Positions 25,465 to 36,699 of a stretch of DNA of 45,633 nt are shown in pieces. Positions within the stretch are counted from its first letter, which is position 1; every line of letters begins with the position of its first letter. The stretch is from NCBI GenBank assembly GCA_032718475.1, contig JAUCBJ010001994.1, forward strand, positions 1-45,633. Reading direction: 5' to 3'. Made by a program: the position numbers and the translations under genes. A model generated the notes under the pieces. It ran no database searches. It was not told where the DNA came from and saw only the letters and a list, made by a program, of their open reading frames with translations. The DNA is from Nemertoderma westbladi. Its lineage: Eukaryota > Animalia > Xenacoelomorpha.

Positions 25465-26599
25465 TGTAGTATATTGGAAATTTACTGTTAAATTTATAAC
25501 TAAAATTATATATTCCCTTATTACTGACTCCTTAGATGTATAATATACCATTTAATGTATTTAATTTGAAATGATTGTAAACTCAGATGTGATAAATAAT
25601 TAAAAAAAGGACGTCCATTTAACATTGAGTGTTGTATTGATCAGAGATGATGAAAATTTTATTACGGAAATGAAGTGATATTATTAGTAATGATGAGGCG
25701 CACCAACTAACATACAAATATTCCAACTACAAAATGCTGACAGCACGTCTCCTAGGCGCGGACTATACAAATTTCAAATTTGTAATTATCAATAAAATTC
25801 AATTTTATATAAATGAATTGGAATTGAATTGAACAGCTCAACTCAATTAAGCTGTTAATGCAACTGTAATTAATGATATCATTAATTTATTTGTTTCTCC
25901 CTTCTACTTCACTTTAACATACTTGAGGTAGTTAGGTTCCGCTGTTAGATATATATATGTATGCAACTTAGGACTACCTGTTTACTAGAAGTTGATTTGA
26001 TGGGAGCAGGGGCAAGTGGTAGAACTGGTTACCACTACTGAGAAGTACTGCTGAAACTTATGCATAGCACTGGTTCAACCCCTGGTGGCGTGCTTCCTCG
26101 TTTTTTCCATTTCTGAACATAACAATAATATTACATCATTAATAGTCTTTTAACGTATTATTAGATCAGTACAGTTTTTACTCTGCTTGCTCCTGTTTCA
26201 AGCCAACTTTTGAATTGAGATAGGATTCCTTAATACACCGTTTAAAATTAATAAACTTACAAACTATTTTCGGATCGTTGCCCGTGGGAGTTTATCCCAA
26301 AGTGAAGGGAAATAAATTCACTAAAATACCATTTAACAAACCCGAAATCCGATACTAAACTACATCTCTTACTAAATTCTTTGCATTCGTTTTAATTTTA
26401 TACAAATAAATAAGATCATATCATAATCAACAATATACCTAAACACATTGTAGTTCGATAATTTATCACTAAGTTTAGCTATGTAGCAATAGAATTCGCA
26501 CTTGACTTGATTTTAAACCGGACAGCGAATGTGGTATTCCCTTTGTGCCAAACCCCTATTTCAGATAGTCAAAAATTTTTAATAAGCTCAACGAGAAAT

Positions 26600-28330
26600 A
26601 AAGTTGATACAGGCATGTGAGGAGGACCAACAAGAATTTTGAAATATCCTGAAAACGAAGAAGGAAACAGTAGTTTCTCAGCAAGTCCCTGCCAAGAATT
26701 GGTCCGTCCATTTCTCAAACTTTTTCACACAAGCCTCAACTCCTAAGTTGCCAGATCTCCCTATCAACGCAGTCCCTTTCTTAGATCGTGCAATAATGGG
26801 GGAAGAAGATACTGCCGCTGTAGCTGACCAGAAGTCAAAGAAAGCTGCTGGGCCAGACAGGATTAGCAATGATGCTCTCAAATCCGGATTTGGTTGTCTT
26901 TTCCCTTTTCTGTGGCACCTATTCGTGGTTTGTTTCAACTAGTGTCCTATTGTTTGGTTGACATCATTTGTAATCCCAATGTACAAGGGGAAAGGTCTAA
27001 AGTCGTCCCCAGACTCGTATAGAGGAGTTGCTCTTCTTTCCTGTTTGTGAAAAACGTACAGTGTTCTGTCCGTAGGGCGACGTATCCACGGTCCCAGGGC
27101 GGAGATCGGAATAGAAAGACTGGTATTAGTAGTCACATATGCGTCTTTATTCCATTAAGTAAACTATAGATAGAATATATATATTATAGAAGATAGCGCA
27201 CACTATTACACAGAGTAGTAGCGGATAATAATATATGTAATGTAGGTAATTGTAAATAACGTGATAGAATAATGAAATATTAAAATAAAATCTAATAAAT
27301 ATATTAAGGTAAATATATTACATGTATCTGTATGCATGACTATCAGACTATGTAGTACTGTGTTGTGTAGTGCTGTACAGTAGTAACGGTCAGGGCCTGT
27401 CACATATATAGCAATAGCGGGTTAGAAAGACGTTCTGTACGTTACATAAGTACAATTCTCTTTACTCGATTATACTCCTGGGTTGAGTTCAACAACAAAC
27501 TCCCATATGCTCAATATGGATTCCGTAAGAGCAGATCGACTATAATGGCAGTAAATGTTTTATTTAGTTTTATTAGTAAAGCATCATCTGTTCGGGTTCA
27601 TTGCAGTCATATGGAGTCTCATCGTGATCAATTTTATTAGAATTTGTATCGGCTTGGTTTTAACTAACCTAATCGCCCAGATGATAGGACTAATCCAAGG
27701 GGATAAATTATCGCCGCTGTTGTTCAGTATATTTATAGCGGATCTTCTGGCGGATTTAGTTGTAATTGTTGTTTTTGTCATCCTATATGCTGATGATCCT
27801 GCGCTATATGGAAACTCACTCGAGTCAGTTCAACTTGCAAATTGGCTGTGTACTGTGATGGGAATGGTCTAAGGTAAACCTCTCTAAAACAAAGGCTGTT
27901 AAATTCCAGCGGGGTGGTAAACTATCGCGTTTGGATAAACTTCTCTACAAGGGTGAATCCATCATGTTTGTAAATAGTTTTTAACTATTTGGGCGTTATT
28001 ATAACTACAAATAATTCCTCCTGAAAAGGTATTGCATATTGTATGCATTTAGCATCAATGGTACAAATGAGAGCGGTTTCTTTGGACACGGCACTCAAGC
28101 TATGGTCATTAGTAGTATTGCCGGCTACTACTTACGGCTGCTCCACTTTTAGCAATATATCGAGTAAACAGCTGCTTCAACTTCCGAACGTTGTGAAAGT
28201 ACGTGGTTTTTATTACAAAGTATGGTGCGGTATTAGTAAATTACCATCTACCACTAATATCCTGGTAGGCTGTAGACCATCCAGACAGCACCTCAATCTC
28301 ACTGAAGAATTTGTCAGTATATCAGTATGA
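26600..28330 (+). pseudogene. Decayed CR1/L2-group LINE RT region
   Basis: KKAAGPDRISN, IPMYKGKG..PDSYRGVALLSCL*KTY, QYGFRKSRST, GLIQGDKLSPLLFSIFIADL, ILYADD; stops, frameshifts and deletions. Confidence 0.85.
27062..27446 (-). mobile_element. Solo LTR inserted in the LINE
   Basis: TG...CA ends; removal rejoins the LINE motif KTYS-TILFTRL; AATAAA on the minus strand ~85 bp from the 3' end; degenerate TSD tacag / ta-ag. Confidence 0.55.
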
Positions 28331-28486
28331 GTATATCGTCGTCTCTGTGATTCAGCAGCCCACACAAAGTATATCACCGGTATATCAGTATGAGTATATC
28401 GTCATCTCTGTGATTCAGCAGCCCACACAAAGTATATCACCGGTATATTAATATGAGTATATCGTCGTCTCTGTGATTCAGCAGCC
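28317..28486. repeat. Tandem repeat, 63-bp unit, ~2.7 copies
   Basis: gtatatcagtatgagtatatcgtcgtctctgtgattcagcagcccacacaaagtatatcaccg starts at 28317, 28380 and 28443. Confidence 0.9.
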
Positions 28487-29968
28487 ATGATCTCACACGA
28501 CTCGAGATCACTCAATGAGTTGCCCCTCCTTGGAAGACATACACCCTAACAGTTTTATTCAACTCGCCTCCCCTCCTTGACACCTTGTGATTTTGTTTAT
28601 TTATATTTTAATTAGTTATCTATTTATTTATTTTATCTCTTTTTCGAATGCCCTAAATGTATATTTCTTGTATTTGGTGTTCACCAACCAGTCTAATACT
28701 TATCCGTTGGATAACTCGGCTAAACCAAGCTCTGGGTAGACCTTGGAAACGACTTGCCTCTTCACACTGACATTGCTTCGTGCGATATTGCTCTTCTACC
28801 TTATATTAAATAATACATATAGTAGCGTGATGTCCCTATAACAGTAGCGTAAAACGCAAATAAATCTGTTAAACCTTTTGACCATCTGTAATTCTAGTCG
28901 ATTAAGATATCGCGGCACCCACCGATATACTTGAAAGACAAATTCTAGAATCAGTGGTTAACGTCCCCAGACAAGTTCTGGAATAAATCGGTGCCCATCT
29001 TAAATATTAATTTAATATTTATTAAAATCTGTAAAATTCAGATCCGTTAACAATTCTAGTCGATTAAGATATCGTAGCACTTACCGATACTCTTAAAAGA
29101 CAAATTTCATAGAATTAAGGATCCTATGTCCCCAGACCTGCTCTGGAATCAAATTGTGTCAATTTTAACATCAAATAATAAAATTCACGGGAATAAATTT
29201 AAATTCATATTTTAAATGAATTTCATAAATTGTCATTTTGTACAATTTATAACATTCCCAAAATTCCATTAATTAATAGATCATGGGAGCGGAGATTCAT
29301 CCTATTGAGTGTATTAGAGTGCGAGAATCTCCAACATATAGTCAATAGCCGATAAAATTAATAAAATCATGCATAAAGAGGATATTGACAATTAAAGAAT
29401 TATTATTAAATAGCATCCCAGATCTGTATGCATGAGAATTACCCTAATTCTACCGCTAGCATTCCATAATGTCACCATAGCAACACCCACGCTAGAATTA
29501 GAAGCAAGTTAAAAGAACAATAGAAAGCTTGTCCCATTGCATAGCATAGAGAATATAGCACACTGTTAGTATCCAAGGATACACAGTAATAACGTGACAT
29601 TCTGGAAGGCACTGACTAACGGACAAATGGCCTGTATGTGTACAATTGGTGACAGTTGTGTGGAATTTGTGCGTTTGTAGGTGAATGTTACTGCTAAGGT
29701 GTGTTTACAGTAGCTAGTCGCAATTGTGAAAGTAACCCAACTCTCCTATAGAAAGAACCTAAAGTGGATTCAAGCCTTTGGGACGGACAGTGGAGTGACT
29801 TGTGCCGGTTATCGTTGTCGTACTGTTGCTACATGTTGGCGTAAACACCGCGACAACGGTACATCGGCGCTGAGGATCCCACTGTCCGGGGGCAAAGAGA
29901 GGTAGGCAGCGACGTCCGCTCGCCTAAACATAAACTCATTTCGATATTAACAAACTCAGATAGCAGAT

Positions 29969-31468
29969 ATGACGGAGTTGATAGAAGATGATCTTGGTAT
30001 CAGGGAGCGATATACTCTACCTTTACAAGCATTTGTGGATAGCTTGATACGCGGTGAAACCGATCCAACCATTACGGAGGACGATGGTCGTTATATCGAA
30101 CCGCCGACGTCCCAAGAGCAACTTACGCGTGAATTGGACTATCGAAAATTCACCGCTCGCTATACGCATCGTAATAATACGTATATGGACCTCCTAACTA
30201 CCGGCCATCCTATCGATTTACATGATACGGACGATGTAGACACCGAAAGGGAAATGGTTCTATTTAAATATCATACCCAGCGGCGTCGTAACGATAAACC
30301 GAGAATAGATCACGAAAATTATATTCGTAACAGACTGGGAAGACGAACCAATATGCCTAGAATCTGAGGAGATTCAGCCTATCGCGCTCGGAACAGCGAC
30401 AACGATTACATCCTAGAATGGTATCAAGGTCCACAGTGTCTCACTGCGTACGATTATCGCCATGCCAACTATGTTTCTCGGCAACGTTGTCGGTTATGCG
30501 CATCGAGAGACCATGTTACGCCCATGGACACAAACGTCCGCTGTTCCTATTTCCACGAACAACCGGCGATGGAAATTTATTGCGCGTATTGCAGATTTAA
30601 TAATTTGCACGCTTTTGCGGTTTGCCCTCAATTTATGACTCAATGTCACCATTGTCAACTAAAGGGACACGCCAGTTTCGATTGCCCTTTTAATCACGAT
30701 TTGGAAAGCGTAGATGAAATGATCACACTACGTTACATCAGAGCTTGGGAAGCGAACGCTGATTTACATTGTGATTCGCGCCATCGTTATTATCCCGGAC
30801 GCGCTTACGAAGGAGTTTATGCGTTCCATCCTTATCTATTCGCTTCGGTTGAACAGAAATCACGCATATCAAGTTACGAGCTACTGAAGCGCGTCGGAGA
30901 ATGTATTTCAACCAAATTCGTACGCAAATTTCTCAGGAGTGTTAATCCTAGCGACCTTCATTCCTATAACTTAATCAATCATATCCGTCAGGATCCGGAC
31001 TATGGAGACTTGTTTGTTAACTCACACCCTGAGTTACAGGAAGTATATCGACGGCCTTACGAATACCGAGCCCGCGAACGCGAGTTGGAAAGAACCATTA
31101 AACCCCGGAGGTTTCTGACTGCCTATGGTCCACCCATGGCTCTCGTTCAGACCACTCGTAAAGGACCCGTAAGAGCGGCCGTCCTAAAACGCGCTCTCAA
31201 GGCCGTTAGACTCCTCTCCCCCGACGTTGATGTCAATCAACCCGGCACTTCGACTGGCGGATACACCGACCATAATCCTACACCCTCTGATGCAATCATA
31301 TTGCACCCTTCACCCAGGAGTTATAGCACTCCTTGTAAAGTGGCTCGCCCCAAAGAGAAAAGACTCTGGCTAGCTTTAAAAAACTGCGTAAACGCCGTCC
31401 GCGCAAGAAAGATTAACTGTTTAGAGTATTTACGTATATTAGAAACTGTGATTTCGTATATTTTATAG
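29969..31468 (+). CDS. Accessory zinc-knuckle ORF of the BEL/Pao family, with in-frame TGA at 30365-30367
   Basis: ORFs 29969-30367 and 30524-31468 are in the same frame with 52 open codons between them; CRLCASRDH..C, CAYCRFNNLHAFAVC, CHHCQLKGHASFDC; differences from the second copy are mostly synonymous. Confidence 0.75.
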
Positions 31469-31494
31469 ACTCAAATCCCATTTTCTGGGAGCGG

Positions 31495-32769
31495 TGTAAA
31501 AGCTTCTGTGGGATATAACTGGCCCCTTTGCTTCGCAATCCAGTTTCCCCCCAGGCGCTGGAATACTCTAAAAAGGTTCTCTAACTGTATATATATTCCC
31601 CTCGCCCTCAAGGTACCGTTACAGGTGTTTTAACGGACATAAAAGTCATTCTGCTATATACGTGTTTTAGCGGACATGGTAAGACAAAAAACCTGCAATG
31701 CGACAAATACCTTTCATAGCTTAGCCGTGATGATTCATATTACGACATCTAACAGCTGGTTGCTGACATCGAAACAGCCATTGGACGCATGGTTCTTTGT
31801 TTGGCTTGAACCAATCAGAGCGATTTTTCCTGTCGACGTGTAGCTTTTCGGTCGATCATAAGGAGTGTGTTCAGTCTTACGGTTTTTTGCTTGATACTTT
31901 GTTGTTATTGCTGTCTAGGCCAGGAACAACGGCTCTAGAGTCAATTCATTTCATACTTTTAGAAGAAACATTAGTAGGCTAAAATTATAGAGCGTATGAC
32001 TGTTATCAACTCAACTCAATGCAATTCAGTCCATATCTAATCAATTCAATACTTTGTTGTTATTACTGTTCAACATACATTATTATGCTGCTATTTACTG
32101 TTGTGTTTGGTTGAATATTATTTGGAGAACATATATAAAGAACCCAAATTTCCCAATTTTCTTGATACACTACAGGTTAGAGAGACGGGTTATATATAGC
32201 GATTGCGACTTATATTGTTGTGGTTTGTAGTGAATTTAATGCTATTTGATAAGCACTACATTGGTCCGTTGCTATTCCCTTTATATATGATAAAATACAT
32301 TGACGGTCGGCAAATTAGTGTGCAGTATTGTGTGTTACCGGTAATGTGCATGATTGTGATTGATAACTAAGCATTTCCTAAAGAATGCGCCTCATACGTG
32401 AATCTTAAGCCTTACCGACTTACCGTTGTGATTAGTGTAAGTCATATCTCTGTCTATCTAGATAGAGCGCCACGTCCTAAAGGAACTGTTAATATTTCCC
32501 GAAAGTAAATAATATTAGTCAGAAATTAATTATTAACGATCAATCGAATAATACAATACCGTAAGCTTCACTGCAATAATAATTTAAGCCGACAGAATCC
32601 AGTCTCCCGGGATTATCCAGCGGGTGAATGGACGCGCACTAGGCTGGCTTCTGCTAATGTTGTGTTTATTGGTACTAAATATTTGTCTTCTTATAAAGTA
32701 TATTTCTAAACCAAAAGACATATAAATTTTGGCAGGTTAAACTGCTAAAGGTCTTCAAAAGCGCGTACA
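31495..32769 (+). repeat. LTR (~1275 bp) of the BEL/Pao family
   Basis: Preceded by the purine-rich tract gggagcgg; starts TGTA and ends TACA; similarity to the copy at 45205 stops exactly at the terminal CA. Confidence 0.85.
31805..31880 (+). promoter_or_regulatory. Candidate LTR promoter (CCAAT box at 31811, Inr-like TCAGTC at 31871)
   Basis: Both motifs are kept in the second LTR copy (gattgg near 33222, gactga near 33161 on the + strand). Motif match only. Confidence 0.35.
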
Positions 32770-33542
32770 CAGCAATTGACTCATGTAGGGCTTACCAAAT
32801 AGCATTAAATTCACTACAAACCACAACAATATAAGTCGCAATCGCTATATATAACCCGTCTCTCTAACCTGTAGTGTATCAAGAAAATTGGGAAATTTGG
32901 GTTCTTTATATATGTTCTCCAAATAATATTCAACCAAAACACAACAGTAAATAGCAGTATAATAATGTATGTTGAACCGATAATGCAAGAATAGAAACAA
33001 GTTGATATGAATTGATATATGATGTGTTATGATAACAGTTATACGCTCTATAATTTAAGCCTACTAATGTTTCTTCTAAAGTATGAAAACTAATTGACTC
33101 TAGAGCCGTTGTTCCTGGCCTAGATAGCAACAACACAAAAGTATCACTAAAAAACAGTAAGACTGAACACTCCTAGTATGATCGACCAAATATCTACACG
33201 TCGACAGAAAAAATCGCTCTGATTGGCTCAAGCCAAACAAAGAACCATGCGTCCAATAGCTGTTTCCATGCCAGCAACCAGCTGCTAGATGTCGCAATCT
33301 GAATCATCACGGCTAAGCTGTGAAAGGTATTTGGTGCATTGCAGGTTTTTTGCCTTACCATGTCCGCCAAAACACGTATATAGCAGAATGACTTTTATGT
33401 CCGTTAAAACACCTATAACGGTACCTTGCGGGCGAGGGGAATATATATACAGTTAGAGAACCTTTTAGAGTATTCCAGCGCCTGGGGGGAAACTGGATTG
33501 CGAAGCAAAAGGGGCCAGTTATATCCCACAGAAGCTTTTACA
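32770..33542 (-). repeat. 3' LTR of the minus-strand copy, truncated at the junction with the plus-strand copy
   Basis: Reverse complement of 31495-32273; begins TGTAAAAGC at 33542 directly after the PPT. Confidence 0.85.
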
Positions 33543-33620
33543 CCGCTCCCAGAAAATGGGATTTGAGTCTATAAAATATACAAAATCACAGTTTCTAATA
33601 TACGTAAATACTCTAAACAG

Positions 33621-35076
33621 TTAGTCTTTCTTGCGCGGACGGCGTTTACGCAGCTTTTTAAAGCTAGCCAGAGTCCTTTTCTCTTTGGGGCGAGCCACTT
33701 TACAAGGAGGGCTATAACTCCTGGGTGAAGGGTGCAATATGATTGCATCAGAGGGTGTAGGATTATGGTCTGTGTATCCGCCAGTCGAAGTACCGGGTTG
33801 ATTGACATCAACGTCCGGGGAGAGGGGTCTAACGGCTTTGAGAGCTCGTTTCAAGACAGCCGCTCTTACGGGTCCTTTACGAGTGGTCTGAACGAGGGCC
33901 GTGGGTGGACCATAAGCAGTTAGAAACCTCCGGGGTTTAATGGTCCTTTCCAACTCGCGTTCGCGGGCTCGGTACTCGTAAGGCCGTCGATATACTTCCT
34001 GTAACTCGGGGTGTGAGTTAACAAACAAGTCTCCATAGTCCGGATCCTGACGGATATAATTGATTAAGTTATAGGAATGAAGGTCGCTAGGATTAACACT
34101 CCTGAGAAATTTGCGTACGAATTTGGTTGAAATACATTCTCCGACGCGCTTCAGTAGCTCGTAACTTGATATGCGTGATTTCTGTTCAACTGAAGCGAAT
34201 AGATAAGGATGGAACGCATAAACTCCTTCGTAAGCGCGTCCGGGATAATAGCGATGGCGCGAATCACAATGTAAATCAGCGTTCGCTTCCCAAGCTCTGA
34301 TGTAACGTAGTGTGATCATTTCATCTACGCTTTCCTAATCGTGATTAAAAGGGCAATCGAAACTGGCATGTCCCTTTAGTTGACAATAGTGACATTGAGT
34401 CATAAATTGAGGGCAAACCGCAAAGATATGCAAGTTATTGAGTCTGCAATATGCGCAATAAATTTCCATAGTCGGTTGTTCTTGGAAATAGGAACAGCGG
34501 ACGTTGGTGTCCATGGGCGTATCGTGGTCTCTCGATGCGCATAACCGACAACGTTGCCTAGAAACATAGTTGGCATGTCGATAATCGTACGCAGTGAGAC
34601 ACTGTGGACCTTGATACCATTCTAGGATGTAATCGTTGTCGCTGTTCCGGGCGCGATAGGCTGAATCTCCTCAGATTCTAGGCATATTGGTTCGTCTTCC
34701 CAGTCTGTTACGAATAGAATTTTCGTGATCTATTCTCGGTTTATCGTTACGACTCCGCTGGGTATGATATTTAAATAGAACCATTTCCCTTTCGGTGTAT
34801 ACATCGTCCGTATCATGTAAATCGATAGGATGGCCGGTAGTTAAGAAGTCCATATACGTACCATTACGATTCGTATAGCGAGTGGTGAATTTTCGATAGT
34901 CCAATTCACGCGCAAGTTGCTCTTGGGACATCGGCGGTTCGATATAACGACCATCGTCCTCCATAATGGTTGGATCGGCTTCACCGCGTAGCGCGTATTA
35001 AGCTATCCACAAATGCTTGTAAAGGTAGAGTATATCGCTCCCTAATACCAAGATCATCTTCTATCAACTCCGTCAT
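33621..35076 (-). pseudogene. Second copy of the accessory zinc-knuckle ORF (disrupted)
   Basis: ATG at 35076; 7-bp duplication at 34991-34997 (frameshift); shared TGA at 34671-34673; private TAG at 34335-34337; ends KEKRTLASFKKLRKRRPRKKD*. Confidence 0.8.
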
Positions 35077-36699
35077 ATCTGCTATCTGAGTTTATTAATA
35101 TCCAAATAAGTTTATATTTTAGGCGAGCGGGCGTCGCTGCCTACTTCTCTTTGCCCCCGGACAGTGGGATTCTCAGCGCCGATGTACCGTCGTCGCGGTG
35201 TTTACGCCAACATGTAGCAACAGCACGACAACGATAACCGGCACAAGTCACTCCACTGTCCGTCCCAAAGGCTTGGATCCACTTTAGGTTCTTTCTATAG
35301 GAGAGTTGGGCTACTTTCACAATTGCGACTAGCTACTGTAAACATACTTTAGCAGTAACATTCACCTATAAACGCACAAATTCCACACAACTGTCACCAA
35401 CTGCACACATACAGGCCATTTGTCCGTTAGTCAGTGCCTTCCAGAATGTCACGTTATTACTGTGTATCCTTGGATACTAGTAGTGTGCTATATTCTATGC
35501 TATGCAATGGGGCAAGCCTTCTATTGTTATTTTAACTTGCTTCTAATTCTAGCGTGGGTGTTGCTATGGTGACATTATGGAATGCTAGCGGTAGAATTAG
35601 GTTAATTCTCATGCATACAGATCTGGGATGCTATTTAATAATAATTCTTTAATTGTCAATATCCTCTTTATGCATGATTTTATCAATTTTATCGGCTATT
35701 GACTATATGTTGGAGATTCTCGCACTCTAATACACTCAATAGGATGAATCTCCGCTCCCATGATCTATTAATTAATGGAATTTTGGGAATGTTATAAATT
35801 GTACAAAATGACAATTTATGAAATTCATTTAAAATATGAATTTAAATTTATTCCCGTGAATTTTATTATTTGATGTTAAAATTGACACAATTTGATTCCA
35901 GAGCAGGTCTGGGGGCATAGGATCCTTAATTCTATGAAATTTGTCTTTTAAGAGTATCGGTAAGTGCTACGATATCTTAATCGACTAGAATTGTTAACGG
36001 ATCTGAATTTTACAGATTTTACTAAATATTAAATTAATATTTAAGATGGGCACCGATTTATTCCAGAACTTGTCTGGGGACGTTAACCACTGATTCTAGA
36101 ATTTGTCTTTCAAGTATATCGGTGGGTGCCGCGATATCTTAATCGACTAGAATTACAGATGGTCAAAAAGTTTAACAGATTTATTTGCGTTTTACGTTAC
36201 TGTTAGAGGGACATCACGCTACTATATGTATTATTTAATATAAGGTAGAAGAGCAATATCGCACGAAGCAATGTCAGTGTGAAGAGGCAAGTCGTTTCCA
36301 AGGTCTACCCAGAGCTTGGTTTAGCCGAGACACGAGGATCTGAACTTTGCATTCCTAATACTCTGCCTACCAATAATACTTGAATATAGTAGTGGCTTTA
36401 TTGTACTTTAAGAAGTACGGACATTTCATCTTACTGTAGTCACGTATTTATAATATGATACGGACAGTAAGGAAAGAGAAAAATAATTATTTTCTCGCCG
36501 TCGCACTAAATATATATTAAGTAATTACGTACGTAATAAACACTAATATATTGCACTAATCTACTAAATAATCACTAAATAACATTTTACTAAATAAAAT
36601 TGAATAAAAACGATTATAATAAAGTACATAATAAAGTTCACATATAAAAATATAATAAAATAGATAAAACAATATAGTCATACACCCACTCCAGACGTA

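Larger units (their letters stand above)
28715..32769 (+). mobile_element. 5'-truncated BEL/Pao copy (3' non-coding region, accessory ORF, PPT, complete 3' LTR)
   Basis: Homologous to the 3' part of the minus-strand element; ends in a TGTA...TACA LTR. Confidence 0.85.
28715..36329. repeat. Large inverted repeat: arms 28715-32273 and 32771-36329, spacer ~500 bp
   Basis: Arms are reverse complements from ctcggctaaacc (28715) / ggtttagccgag (36329) inward, with mirrored ORFs. Confidence 0.95.

Noticed and set aside
26009-26095. tRNA gene
   Set aside because: A/B-box-like motifs only, with no cloverleaf; at most a SINE head remnant.
28890-29168. Hammerhead ribozyme
   Set aside because: No CUGANGA/GAAA core in the proper arrangement on either strand.
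29825-29885. PBS-like ...CTACA-tgt-TGGCG suggesting a separate nested LTR element supplying the accessory ORF
   Set aside because: No matching second LTR or TSD, and I could not assign a tRNA complement; not formally excluded.
30365-30367. Selenocysteine codon
   Set aside because: Not at a Cys-like or redox motif position, and no SECIS is recognisable by eye; generic readthrough or mutation is more plausible.
29969-31468. env gene or nanos homolog
   Set aside because: No signal peptide or transmembrane segment; Cys/His spacing matches zinc knuckles rather than the Nanos finger.
28715-36329. Giant TIR transposon (Maverick/foldback) or assembly artefact
   Set aside because: The arms are BEL 3' regions with PPT and LTR, the homologous element continues past 36329, and the arms differ with synonymous bias.
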